A stretch of DNA of 64,000 nucleotides from Podarcis vaucheri (lineage: Eukaryota): assembly GCA_965113315.1 (NCBI GenBank), contig OZ220364.1, one strand, 5' to 3'. Positions 13,870 to 26,400 of this stretch are shown one piece after another; positions within the stretch are counted from its first letter, which is position 1, and each line of letters opens with the position of its first letter. A model generated the notes under the pieces. It was not told the DNA's origin and did not search any database. It saw only the letters and a program-made list of their open reading frames with translations. Position numbers and translations under genes: made by a program.

Positions 13870-14420
13870 GCCATTATATTTAAAAATGTGTATTATTATT
13901 TTTTTTTAAAAGTGGGTTGTGTCTTGTTTCCATAGTAATCCTTCTCTCCTTGCAAGCAGAAGCTTCCATTAAAAGTAGCAGCTTCAGAAAAGTGGTTTTT
14001 TGTCAGAACAATGGCAAGAAGAGAAAAAATTTAATTTCGATGCTCACCACACAAGGCTGCTGCATGAAAAACAAACAAACCTCATATTAATTGTGTCCGC
14101 ACACTTAACCCATGACCAGGAAGACTGCTGGAAAATGTTTTTGCTGAGAGGACTTTGCCTGAAGCTGTCTAAGCAGAACCCTGTGGATCCAAATATTCAT
14201 TTTTATCTATCCTGTCAGGTTCTAATATATAATCCATTAACATGAGTTGAAAACCACTCATCCTTGGTAGTTAAATTACCCGAAAGTGGAAGGTTACTGT
14301 GTGCACACACCTTCTTCAGCTATGCGAAATATCTTCATTTTGCCCAAATATGCAAATATACAAAGAAGATATTTTTTTTCTCATTCCTTGTTTAACTATA
14401 TGACTGTATTTTACATTCAG

Positions 14421-14492
14421 CTTCGAAATGCAATGGTGAATCAGAAAACAGGAAAATTCTCTATGGAAGTGAAGAAAACCGTGGACAAAGGG
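14421..14492 (+). CDS. CACNA2D3: CACNA2D3 exon (72 nt, phase 0-0): LRNAMVNQKTGKFSMEVKKTVDKG
   Basis: ttcag acceptor, gtatcg donor. Continues the previous exon in frame and matches alpha2delta-3. Confidence 0.96.
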
Positions 14493-14782
14493 GTATCGTA
14501 TAGAAAATACTTTTTCAGCTAGAAGTAAAACAAATAATTGCTTTTTAAAAAAACACACCCACAACCCATTGGTTTAAAGTGTATGTTTGGAGTGGAAAAC
14601 TTTCCCTGAGACATGATGTCCACAGTGTTTATTAATTGTGGGTCAGATATAAACATTTGCATGTATGTGTGCATATTGCTGTTATTAATCTTGTCACAGA
14701 TTTTAAGTTTGCTTTTGCATTTAACCCTGCAAACCTTTCCTAACAGGCATGTTGTTGTTTCTCTTTCCTTTTCTAAATCTAG

Positions 14783-14844
14783 AAGCGGGTGTTGGTGATG
14801 ACAAATGACTACTATTATACAGACATCAAGGGGACTCCTTTCAG
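14783..14844 (+). CDS. CACNA2D3: CACNA2D3 exon (62 nt): KRVLVMTNDYYYTDIKGTPF(S)
   Basis: Pyrimidine tract and tctag acceptor, gtaggg donor. Matches the recalled mammalian sequence. Confidence 0.97.
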
Positions 14845-15870
14845 GTAGGGCTGGCCATAATAAATGGAACATTTCATCAGGCTCATTGCAGTTGCAAGCC
14901 TTGCGAGCTCATTAAAAGCTCATCAGGAGGGGCTGACAATAAAATACTCATGGACAATGCTGCAAAGAGCAAGGGAAAAGGTTTCCGAATGTGCCTTTTT
15001 AGGTTTCATTCAGGGATGGGTAGTTTGTGAAAGGTAAACTCCCTGGCTGTGATCCGGACCTGCCATTCAGGAAGTCCTCCGTTCTCTTCAGTGCTTGCAC
15101 AGAGCTCTGGGAAAGGAATAGTACCATTTAAAGGATTGCACTAACAAATGCATCTCTGTGTGCACCATGGATCTGAATTGAGGAGGCTTGTTGAGCCGCA
15201 GGCCGTTCAAAGTATGATATTGTGTGTATGCAGCCTCTTCTGACCAGGTGTTAATTAGACTGAAGGGGCAACAAGGATACAGCAGGGCTCCAGAGCTGTG
15301 TGTTTAGCTCTTCCCCAAAATGCCACATGTTTTCTGAGCCCCTCATGGAGAACCCAGGAAGATAAAAGTTCTCTATTGTTTCCATGAATATGAAAGACTC
15401 CCCACTCCAGAAGCTCATTGCATGAGAGGTTGAGAGAATTTGTGTGGCTCCAGGGACAGGCCTTCATGCCAGTAACACCTGTAAAAGGCTCTGGGCTGCC
15501 TCAAGTAAGCAGGGAAGAGCTCAGTCCTAGCTGTGGCACCAGTGGGCCCCCAGTTCTTCTTCTCCCTGCCCAATTGTGCAGTAAGCCCCTACTGCCTGCA
15601 TATCAGCTCTGAGCCATAGGCATCAGACAGAGGCGAGCCAAGTGGCAAGGGAGCTGAGAGACAGCCTGTTGTAGCTCAGGCAAAGTTTTCTCATCCCAAA
15701 TCGGAAGCCTTCTGGAGTTCTTCCTGTCCAGGAAGATCCAATAGCCAATCAGGGTAGGTAGTCCGGAGCCTGAAAATGCATTGCTACCCAGATGTTTTGG
15801 ACTACAACTCCCATCATCCTATCCAGTCTGGGGCTGATGGGAGTTGGAGTAAAAACATATGGAAAGTGCA

Positions 15871-16249
15871 ATACCTCAAGAGTGGCCTCTCCCCATATGA
15901 ACTGACTTGGACCCTGTGATCATCATCTGAGGCCCTTCATGTGCCTCCTCCATGAGAGGTCCACAGGGCAGTAACAAGAGAACAGGCCTTTTCTGTGATG
16001 GTTTCTTGCTTGTGGAAGTTTCTCCCCAGGGAGGTTCATCTGACACCTTTGTTACATATGTTTAGGTGCTAGACAAAAGCATTCTTCTTCTCCCAGGCCT
16101 TCGGCTAATTAAACCACCTATGGCCTTTTAGATGGGGGAGGATTGTTTTTGTTTGTTAATATATATTGTGCTGTATATTTTGTGCTTTTATATTGTAAAC
16201 CGCCCTGTGACCCTCTGATGAAGGATGGTATGGAAATAATAATAATAAT
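15871..16249 (+). mobile_element. L2 LINE 3' fragment, inserted in the right arm of a palindromic hAT MITE (about 15788-15870 and 16250-16262)
   Basis: RT C-terminal relic (atacctcaag...aggccttttctgtg...tctccccagggagg), 3' UTR and (AAT)n tail. The MITE arm resumes after the tail. Confidence 0.7.
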
Positions 16250-17391
16250 TTGGTGAAAGCTGTTGTAAACCATAGTTCTGGTAGCTCACTGCACCAGTGA
16301 CTGGCACAGAAGCCTAAAGATTACCGGATTCTGGTAATGGCTCTTGGCATTTGTGGCATCCATGCCTCAGGTTGGCCCCTTGTCTTAACTCTGCTGTGGA
16401 TCTGGATGCCCATCTACCTATGAGAGAGCAGTATAAGCAAAACAGAAGTGCAGTGCAATAGCACTATTTTCCAGATCCTTGCCTTTCTATTGTGGGTCTT
16501 ATATTGATAAGAGATAGTAGTGTAGATGGTTTAAAGGGCAGAAAAGGAAACGTACTTTTATAGCATACATTTCTGTTGTACCAAAAAAGAGTCTTTGGAA
16601 TTTCCTCTCCGAAGGCTTGTAGATTCTCAAACAAATTAGATACCTGACCACAGAGAATAGATTGCATCTCCAAGTGAGAACCATGTGGGCTTTATCCTAT
16701 TGATCTCTTGCCAGGCCTCCAAGTCACCTGTACTGCAGTTTCATGAATGCTTTAGAAAATATATAATGCTATACATTATATAGTAGTAGTCCTCCATGTG
16801 TGACCGTGTTATATGGAGAAGATAAGCCCAATGCGGTATTATTTCCATCACATAAAATATTAACATGCCAAAATATGCAACAAAGAATTATGCCAAGTGG
16901 GTCATTATGACCCCCATTAACACATTCTTGTATTTCCTTGCACTCAGCAGCTCTACTGGCTCCCAAACTATCAGTAAGGGCAGTCCGTCCCCTCCCCCCC
17001 CCCATGCACACAGATGACTTTCATTTTTGAGCCTCCTTCTAGTGAGCCCATGGGCATGTTCAGATCTTGGCTGGAAAATGAAGCAGCTGGAAGAACCACT
17101 CTGACCTTGGTGGGGCTTTCATTTGAGCTTGCCAGAGAATGCATGGGTTACTGCACCCCTAAACACACAAATAGATACAGTCCATTGCTCCTGGCACAGT
17201 AAAAGTGAAATGGCACTGAAGTGGCTGGTTGAGCAATAAATGCAACCACCAAGGTTTTGGAAACAAGACTGAATTGTTTCTAGAGCACGGACTAAAAATG
17301 CCGGGAGAAATGGTATATATTTTTATCTTGCACTTTCCTAACTTTGTGTGTGGGACAGATTTCATGGCCTGCTTTTTGTTTATCTGCACAG

Positions 17392-17459
17392 TTTAGGTGT
17401 GGCTCTCTCTAGAGGACACGGCAAATATTTCTTCAGAGGAAACGTGACCATAGAAGAAG
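17392..17459 (+). CDS. CACNA2D3: CACNA2D3 exon (68 nt): (S)LGVALSRGHGKYFFRGNVTIEE(G)
   Basis: cacag acceptor, gtaaca donor. Phase 2-1 is consistent with the neighbouring exons. Confidence 0.97.
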
Positions 17460-17592
17460 GTAACATTTGCACAGCAAATCAGATTTCCTAGGCATTTGTT
17501 CAACTGTTGCATGATAATGGGGCTTAAGGCATGGAGGTCTCTTAAGCAGTTTTTCTGCTTTATTTCCCAGTGACCTTGTGCATGTTTTGGAC

Positions 17593-17623
<31 letters not shown>

Positions 17624-18104
17624 TGCACACATATCTAATTGGATGAAAGATATATGTGAGAGATTTATGGGGACAGTGCCCACAACAAAGATTCATTGTA
17701 ACATAGAAAGCAGCAACATGGCTGCATCATTTTATCCCTCACTTTGTGGGCATCTTTGTTCTAGATTTGTGGCTTTAATTGATTAGGCCTATTAGGTGGA
17801 TCAGACCGCAGAGCTATGCAGCCACCTTGCTTGCCCAGCAGGACAACCCCCACCCTAACTGTGCCAATTTGTGTTTTTCATGGTCAAAGCATCATCATCA
17901 GAGTATCAGATCCCCTACTTTTACTATTTGAATTATACCCGTATGCCTGCTAACCACAGTTGTGGGACTCTTGAATGTTTTAGAGCCAAAACATATGAGA
18001 GAACCTGAGTCCTGCTGTTCAGACAATGATAGCTGAAGTTGAGATAGAGTTTTCATTCCCCTGTAGTTACTCTTGATAGATAGTTCCAGCCTAAAAAAAC
18101 ACAT

Positions 18105-18248
18105 TTTGCATGCAGAATTTCCTTGGTTCAGTCCCTGGCATCTCCAGTTAAGAGGATCTGGATGCAGGTAATGTGAAGGACCTCTTTCTGAAACTGCCTG
18201 CCAGAGTGGACAGCATAGGTCTTCTATAAGGCAGCTTCCTATGTTCCT
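18105..18248 (+). mobile_element. tRNA-headed SINE, partial (same family as 58361-58538)
   Basis: ttgcatgcag...ggttcagtccctggcatctccag...tataaggcagcttcctatgttcct. Confidence 0.7.
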
Positions 18249-18319
18249 TTATAAACAATTACCCAAGCCTACATTGGTCATCTTCATTTTATTTTGTATT
18301 AAAAATTCTGTTTTGTCAT

Positions 18320-18357
18320 CTCAGTCAGTAGAGCTTGAAACTCATAATCTCAGGGTC
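18320..18357 (+). pseudogene. tRNA-Lys-derived fragment (5' half), probably a SINE head
   Basis: ctcagtcagtagagcttgaaactcataatctcagggtc resembles tRNA-Lys(CTT) ctcagtcggtagagcatgagactcttaatctcagggtc. There is no T arm or acceptor stem. Confidence 0.6.
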
Positions 18358-19108
18358 CTTTTCCATTCCTATCCTCAGCTACTTGCCTTTTTGACTATCT
18401 CTCATACCCACCTCCTATGCTTTTTTTATGCTTGTGCGTCTTCATGAGTTTTGTTTTTTAAAAAACTTTTAAAAAATACAGACAGCAATAACAAAAGAGC
18501 ATATGTAACAGTACCACAAGATCACTAAAGGAATAGAGAAACACACTGGGCTATTTCCCAACACTGCAGCTTCACTGGTGCAACCGGCTTCCTTGCATGC
18601 GATGGAACTTCCTTTTCCTTTCCTGCCCCCTCCAGTTCCCTGCACACTCACAAAAGTATATATGGGTGGTGTACTAGGAGAGGAGAGGAAAAGGAAGTCC
18701 CGCCGCATGCATGGAATTCCACTCACTCAGCATTGGATACAACCCACTGATTACAATCCTTAGGATATCATGCTTGTGGGACAACGAGGGTAAAAGCGCC
18801 TGTTGTCTTAACATGCTTGAAGACCAGCTTGAAGTTTGTACAGGTGTCTTCCAGCTGTCTAACCTATGTGGTCCTGTATATATAATGATATTCAGTTCCC
18901 AGGGTTTAATCAAATGCATTCCCTTAGTTCTTGCGTATTTTTGAGTACTGATAGAAATACACTTAATTTAGATTAGTTATGGTATATAACCTAGCAGTCC
19001 CCTGCCTACCCCAAAGAAGGAAGAATGACTGTCATGAACTGTATACAGACACTGAACTGATGCTGATAAATTTCAGAAAATAACTCTTGTCACATATTCC
19101 GATTTCAG

Positions 19109-19154
19109 GATTGAATGATTTAGAACAGCCTGATGTATCTTTGGCAGATGAATG
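19109..19154 (+). CDS. CACNA2D3: CACNA2D3 exon (46 nt): (G)LNDLEQPDVSLADE(W)
   Basis: tttcag acceptor, gtaagt donor. Phase is consistent. Confidence 0.95.
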
Positions 19155-19294
19155 GTAAGTCTTCAATAAAGCATGCAGTTGATTTGCCCTTTTTGTTCAT
19201 GCGTGGTGTGCCTGACTCCTTCTGCAGAATGACAATGGGAGATCATGCTTACAAATATTTGTTGAAATTATTTTTAACCATGTTATGTTCTCAG

Positions 19295-19392
19295 GTCATA
19301 TTGCAACACAGACTTGCATCCTGAGCACCGCCAAATGACTCAGCTGAAGGCTATTCAAAACTACCTCATGGGGAAAGAGCCATTGCTTCCTT
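19295..19392 (+). CDS. CACNA2D3: CACNA2D3 exon (98 nt): (W)SYCNTDLHPEHRQMTQLKAIQNYLMGKEPLLP(C)
   Basis: tctcag acceptor, gtgagt donor. Contains the WSYC motif typical of alpha2delta proteins. Confidence 0.96.
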
Positions 19393-20394
19393 GTGAGTTG
19401 TTGATTAATTTTGATAAGTATTGCCGGCATTCCTCCAAACTGTGTTTGCCTTTTACAGAATAACACACCAGCTTCATTTTAATGCAATACACAGGAAATG
19501 GGCAGCGTACATCATTCGTAGGGGACTGAGCTTGCTTGAACCATCAAATCAGTGGCTGGTCTAGGCAAGCTTTTTTCTCTCAGCCTCAGTTCCCCCATCT
19601 GCAATATTGGGGTTATAATACTGACCTACCACTGAATAGATTATAACACAATAAAGATTCAGAAGCTCTTTGAACACTACATAAACACTAAGTAGCCTTA
19701 CTTGAGAAAATTCCATTTGTACTGGATGTTATACAACAAACTGCTGGGTGAAACCTTTGCTTGCATCACTAGAAATACATTGGCATGTATTACTGAGAAA
19801 ACCAAGATGGATTTTGATGTTCAGACTGTTTGATTATCATACCTGTATGTGCTTTGGTAACAAAAACTCAGTTGAGCTGTGGTTGGGATGTGAGACAGTA
19901 CTGTCTGCAGTACAACCTTACACATGCAACTGGGAATTTTCCATTGCTGGCCACAGAAAGCAAATGTTCCATGTGCTCATCTAATTGTGTCTTCTATAGT
20001 TGGCACTGGGACAGAATATAGGTGGTGGTGGATCGCAACCAGTATTGTGGAATGATGCTACCAAGCATGATAGTCCCTGGATGAAAAATAGTATGGACAT
20101 ATGGAACTCGTATAAGGATTAGTGCAAGGAATCCAGGAAATTTAGATTTTCATGTGCAAGAGAAAGATGCTAGCCATGGTATGTGAGATTTCCCTCCTCC
20201 CCATCTCATCTCAAATAGGTGAGATTTCCATCACTTGCGTACCTACAAGTTTTTCTGGGGCCAGAGTCCACAATGAAGTATACAGTCTCTAACAACAGAC
20301 ATGTAGCATTCCTGCCAATATCTACTGACTCCAAGTTTACTGTTGTAAGAAGGCTGCACACATGCTCCTTATTAATGCTTTTAAAACTTTATAG

Positions 20395-20488
20395 GTGATA
20401 AAGAATTAATACAGGAAGTACTGTTTGATGCAGTGGTCAGCGCACCAATAGAAGCTTATTGGACCAGCCTTGCACTGAACAAATCAGA
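20395..20488 (+). CDS. CACNA2D3: CACNA2D3 exon (94 nt): (C)[30 protein letters not shown](E)
   Basis: ttatag acceptor, gtaagt donor. Matches alpha2delta-3. Confidence 0.97.
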
Positions 20489-22062
20489 GTAAGTGAACAA
20501 AGCATTGCTTATGATTCTTTTAATAATGTCTTCACTCGGTTACATACATTTATTTTTCACCAATTCATTCATTGTTTTAAATATATGATGCACAGAAAAA
20601 ATTCTGCCCTTATAGACTCTTCCATTTGTATCAGTGGAAAGATTCAATTCATGTCTACATTCTAGATACCTCTACATGTCTACATACATCTTCTGTACTA
20701 GAGTAATGGGTGTTATATATTATTAAAATACTACTTCCAGAATAGTGACCTAAATCATAGATTTCCAATGTGGTATGATCCAGGTATTGTTGAACTCCAG
20801 GAGCCATCAACCCAAACCCAATGGCCACGCTGGCTACCCCTGATCTAGATTGTCCTCCTGGCACAGACTTTGCTGTGCTGGCATCCTGAGAGTGCCACTA
20901 CTCTCTCATCTCAGGTGCTGCTACCAACCGTTGGCATTTTCTAAAACTGGGGCTGTGATTTGATTTTGCATGGAGCCCTGGCATGTAGAGTTGCTAAGCT
21001 GAAACCCAGCTATTTCTCTTTTCCTTTAAACCCATTACTAAAACAAAAGATTGGGCAGCTGTGTAGCTATCCTCAGTCCTGTCATTCCCCCACAGTCATC
21101 CACTACCCGCTGTAATGAGCAAGTGAGCTGTACATCAGCTGAGGAGGGAGGCTGACAACAGAGCCTGCAGCAGAATGGATGAGAGAAATGAGGACTCTCT
21201 TGTCTTCCAAGTCAGCAGTCCATTAAAGGGCCATGGGAGGAATCTCTAGGCAGCCACCTGACAACCCTCATGGCGTCATTTGTTCTGGAGCGGCAAAATG
21301 AAATTGCATGGACAGCTTTTAATTTAATAATAATTTTTAAAAAAACAAGATTGACATGCAGTGCCCCTGCTGACTTGCTCTCAGAGTGTTTTGCATAAAA
21401 TCAGTGCATTAAAGCCACATTTGAGGCCATTAAAAACCAATTTTGAAAAGGGAAACTAGGAAGGGAATATAGAAGATTCACTTAAGGGACCAATTGGGCA
21501 TTGTCTGAAAGCACATGAAGAATAGTGGAGTGTCATTTCTTTTTTTCCCCTTTTTTCTTTTTGAAGGGTAAGCAGAACAATGAAAAACAATATCCTGGCA
21601 TGACTTTACTAGTCCTTACTCCTAAGAATGCACAGGGTTGCAGCCTTGTCCATAGAGCATCAGATTAGAGCTGGGGAAATTTCTGAGATTCGCCCCCCCC
21701 ATTAACCCGTAGAAAAAGTTCACCTCTCATGATTTCCCAAGAATATTCTTCACCATTAAATTAAATTAAATGGTAGCAGCCCCCTTTTCTCTGCCACTAG
21801 ACCTCAGAACAATTCTGGGTCCAGGGCATTGTGCAGGATGCAAAATGGTGGCCACAATGTCAACATAGTTGCTTCTGCCATCATGTCCAGTGCCATATAT
21901 ATATTAGAAATTTAGGTGAAAACAGAAGAGGCTGTGCTACAGCCACTGGTAATGGTGTGCCCCACAACCACCCCCTGAAAAACCCTGCTAGGTAATTTCT
22001 TATTCCCCCACCTTGAAAAAGCGAGAGGAATGGTGCTCCCACCCATCAAAAGTAGGGTGTGG

Positions 22063-22093
<31 letters not shown>

Positions 22094-22511
22094 ATTTTGT
22101 ACCTCACCCATCTGACTGGGTTGCCCCAGCCACTCTGGGCAGCTTCCAGCATATATAAAAACATAGTAAAACATTCAACTTTAAAAAGCTTCCCTATACA
22201 GGGCTGCCTTCAGATGTATAGGATAATTTGGATAATTTCAAGCGGCCATTTGCACACAACTATAGGTTAGAGGAAGGGAGATTATGCATCTGTGTTGACT
22301 GCTTAACAGTTTATCCTTTCAGTCCAACTCCCACTGATTAATTGGGGAAATATTTTAATTTCAGTTAAAGCTTAAGTTGATTATTGTATTTATTAAAACT
22401 GATTAAAATTGCAGTCCTGGTTTGTGCTTGCACTTCTTGTGACCTCAGAATATCTGCATACTATTTACCGTCTGGAAATGTAATTCTTCCTTGTGTGTTG
22501 CTCTCCTTCAG

Positions 22512-22607
22512 AAATTCAGACAAGGGAGTGGAAGTTGCCTTCCTTGGAACTCGGACGGGTCTTTCTCGTGTCAATTTGTTTGTGGGGCCGGAACAGCTAA
22601 CTAATCA
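22512..22607 (+). CDS. CACNA2D3: CACNA2D3 exon (96 nt): (E)NSDKGVEVAFLGTRTGLSRVNLFVGPEQLTN(Q)
   Basis: cttcag acceptor, gtaagt donor. Also visible in ORF-track entry 22384..22611. Confidence 0.97.
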
Positions 22608-24144
22608 GTAAGTAGTATATGGCAATGTAAGAAAGATGTACCAGAAGTAGAGAACCATACACATAATTTTATATAGTCCCTTCTTTCCCTTTCCTACCAG
22701 TTCTCTGCATATATAGTTCAGATTCCATGTGCCAAAACAAAGGATACTAAAGCTCTGCTGGGCCAAGTGTGAGCTTCAGTTGTTGATTTAGGAAGCCCTA
22801 AACAACTTGGAGCCTGGCTATATGAGGAGATGCCTTCACCTCTTTAGACCAGACTAGCCAGTATGATCTCAGAATGAGGTCCTCTTGGTTGCACTACAGT
22901 CTGCAAAAATGCATCTGGTAGCAACCAGGGAAGGCCCCCTGGAAATAAGGTGGGTGCCAACCTCATTGAGTTTTTGGCAAATCTTGAAAGCACACTTGCT
23001 CACCTCAGCTGGGTTTCTTTGGGTGCGGGCATGGAGGTAAAACAACCGGCCTTGAGAAATGTACCAGTTACTGAATTTATTATTTCATTTTCATTTATTG
23101 CAATGTGTTTTGTCTGTTGCATAGTCTTTTAGGCTCCTTGGGATTTCATTTGGAAGATGGTGTATAAATGTTTAAAAAGAAAATAAATTTGGAATTTAAT
23201 TTGGGGTGCTTGTACATAACAGCTTGTTCATTCAATTTTCAAACTGTTTCATCCTGCCTCATCACATAAAGTATGCAGATCTGTTTTTAGCAGGTGTAAT
23301 ACAGCCCATATATCCCCAAAAGGCAATGGATATCTACCCCCCCACTTTGAATCTCCCAAGAAAAATGGTTCCCCATTTGCACCCAATTCATCATGCATTG
23401 CTAGCTACAAAATAACATTTTAAGTGAGAATGCCCAGAATCTCAAGACTTACTTTAAAGCATACCTAAGAAGAAGAAACCTCACCACCCCCATTACACAT
23501 TGAACTCTCATGTTTTTGAAAGCACATCCGTTTCTTTGGACAAAATGTTTTGCAAAATAAAATCACCCCCCCCCCAAAAAAAAGCCCTGAAAAGCAATGG
23601 CTCATCATTGTTTCATGCACTCATTTTTTCCCCTCAACACGCATGCTACTTTACTATTATTATTTGTTACTGTATTTATTTGTCGCTTCTTACACCAAAG
23701 GGTCTCAAAGCAACCTACACAATCAAAACTGAAATAACAAAAATACAAATACTGAAACCAAATATTGAAACATCAATAAAGTAAGGCCTAATGTGCTTTT
23801 CTGTTACGCTTCCTGGAAGATGTTCATTGCTTAGTTACTGGGGCTACCTACAAGCTGAGGAGGAGACAGGTTTTCCAGCTCCTGTGTCTTAGCAGCAGCT
23901 ATGCTTATTCACTGCAGTATAGTTATATTAGGTGCATTCCACCTGGGAAGGTATTGTAAACGCAGTTGTAACCAGGTGCGTGTGGGCCTGCCATCCTGGT
24001 ATCGAGAGGGTAGCTTACATTATTCTAGAGTTACTTTCAGGAGAACTAAAGAAAGAAGGAAAGAAAGAAAACTTTTGTTTTTTAAGGAGCTTAAGATGTA
24101 AAAACCAAAACAAGCAAACATATTATGTTTTCTTCTGTTTCAAG

Positions 24145-24266
24145 AGACTTCTTGACAGCTGGAGACAAGGAGAATATTTTCAATGCTGATCATTTCCCGC
24201 TTTGGTACAGAAGAGCTGCAGAACAGATACCAGGAAGCTTTGTCTACTCAATCCCTTTCAGCACAG
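24145..24266 (+). CDS. CACNA2D3: CACNA2D3 exon (122 nt): (Q)DFLTAGDKENIFNADHFPLWYRRAAEQIPGSFVYSIPFST(E)
   Basis: tttcaag acceptor, gtttgt donor. Contains the WYRRA Cache-domain motif. Confidence 0.97.
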
Positions 24267-24847
24267 GTTTGTCATTTAATTGTGCTTTGATTCATAGCTA
24301 ATTCATACACTCAAAACCACTTTGAGATACATGTGAAATGTGTGGTATAAAACCTTTAAGTAAATAAAAAGAAGGAAGGAAGGAATTGCACCCATCAATC
24401 CAGATTGGTACCCAATATTTCTGCTTACTTTACTTAAAACTACAGGCAGTTAAGATTTGCAGGATTTAATTTAATATTATGCTGTAATTTCACAGTTTCT
24501 AATTTCACTGTGCACACAAAGAACTGTTGTTTAGCGTGAACACACAAACATACCAGGGAGGCAGCCACAGTCCATTGAGCCCCTCCCCAGTCCTCAGCAC
24601 GACCTAGCAACTAAACTAATGTGTGGTTTAGCATGTCATCCGAATGTGGGGGTCATGGTTAATCTCTCCCCTCCTTAACCAAGGTTTGTTCTTGGTTACA
24701 GATTATGGTTTAGCAGGATAGAGCTTGACTACAATCTCCAGTTCAGATGACATTGTTTTAATCTGCTACTGTGAAAACATACCACCAGTTGTTTAAAAAT
24801 ACATAGTTAGAATCTTAATTTGAATAACTTCTTCTTTTTTATTGTAG

Positions 24848-24928
24848 AAACAGCAAACAAAAGCAATGTGGTAACAGCAAGTACTGCCATTCAGCTTCTA
24901 GATGACAGAAAATCTCCAGTGGTAGCAG
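24848..24928 (+). CDS. CACNA2D3: CACNA2D3 exon (81 nt): (E)TANKSNVVTASTAIQLLDDRKSPVVA(A)
   Basis: ttgtag acceptor, gtaaaa donor. Last exon before the intron that contains LRTM1. Confidence 0.96.
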
Positions 24929-25519
24929 GTAAAAATTATTGCTCCTTTTCTATATTAATTTTGTAAACAGGCTTTGCTTTCTTATGCTACTTAGACTTCC
25001 TATAAAAATTCTCACTTAAAGACTGTTTTGGAAGTAAGTTCAATGAAGTGCAACTTAATGACCTAATGTCTGGACCATCGCAGGCCTCCTCACCTTAAAA
25101 TGCTTGATTCTGAATGCCCTGAAGACACGAAAATCCTTCATTATAAGTTGGAAGGGGTTTGATTTGCATTAACAAGGCAGTATTTACCGAAATTACAGTA
25201 TGGCAAATCTGAAATCACAAACCTTTCTTATTATAAATTTTAATTAACATAGGTGGACCCTTATTAGTCTTACTTGTCTATGAAGTTAGCTGCAAATGTA
25301 TATATTGAGAATAACAATATATACAACTGGCTTAACAGGAACATCAATGGACAACAGTACTTCAGAAGCAGCACTGGAGTTCACCAGTGTTTTCTACAAG
25401 CTATTTCATACTCAGTGCCCTAACTTCCTGATGTTGTTGCCATCAGCCCCAGCCAGCATGGCCAAGAGTCAGGGTTGATGGGCACTTATTTCTAATGTGT
25501 GTGTTTTTTGTTTTATTCC

Positions 25520-26400
25520 CTTAATTTATTGACCACCCTTCATCCAAGGATCAAAGGGTGGTTTACGGGATCAAAAAACAAAAACACATAATAACAAACA
25601 AAACAATGCCTCCCCACAACACACCGTTTTTAGGCCATAGATGGTTTAATTAGCCAAAGGCCTGGTAGAAGAGAAATGTTTTTGCCTGGTGCCTAAAGAT
25701 ATGTCATGAAGTCACCAGGTGAGCTTCTCTGGGGAGAACATTGCACAGCGGGGAGCTACTGCAGAAAAGACCCATTCTCATGTTGCCAGCCTCTTACCTC
25801 CCATGGAGGGGGCACACAAAGAAGGGCCTCAGATGATGATAGTAGTTGCACCCGCCCTGTGAAACAGCCTCCCATCAGATGTCAAGGAAATAAACCACTA
25901 TCTGATTTTTAGAAGACATCTGAAGGCAGCCCTGTACAGGGAAGTTTTTCATGTTTGATGTCTTACTGTGTTTTAATTTGTTGGAAGCCGCCCAGCGTGA
26001 TTGGGTGGCATATAAATATATTATTAGTATAACTACTGCTATTACTATTACTATTACTATTACTATTACTGTTGCAGGGTCTGGGTTGGTTCATACGGGG
26101 AGAGGTGGTTCTTGAGGTATTACAGTATTTAGACATTTAAGGTTTGAATTGGGCTCAGAGACGGATTGGCAGCCAGTGCAGGCAGGCCAGGTTGGGTTTG
26201 ATATGCCCAAACCATCTTGACCCGGTGAACAGCTTGGCTGCTGAATTCTGCACCAGCTGAAGTTTCTGAACTGTCTTCAGAGGCAGCCCTGTATGTTGCA
26301 GTAATCTAACCTAGAGATTACTAGAGCACAGAAAGCAGAAGTTAAGCTATCCCTGCCCAGGTAGCTGCGTAGCTGAGCCAGCAGCCGAAGTTGGTGGAAG
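25520..26400 (-). mobile_element. L2 LINE 3' portion (minus), interrupted by a + strand L2-type insertion at 25851-26070
   Basis: The reverse complement aligns with 15871-16249 on both sides of the insert. The insert has a (TATTAC)n tail and a GTTGCA duplication at 25845-25850 and 26071-26076. Confidence 0.75.
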
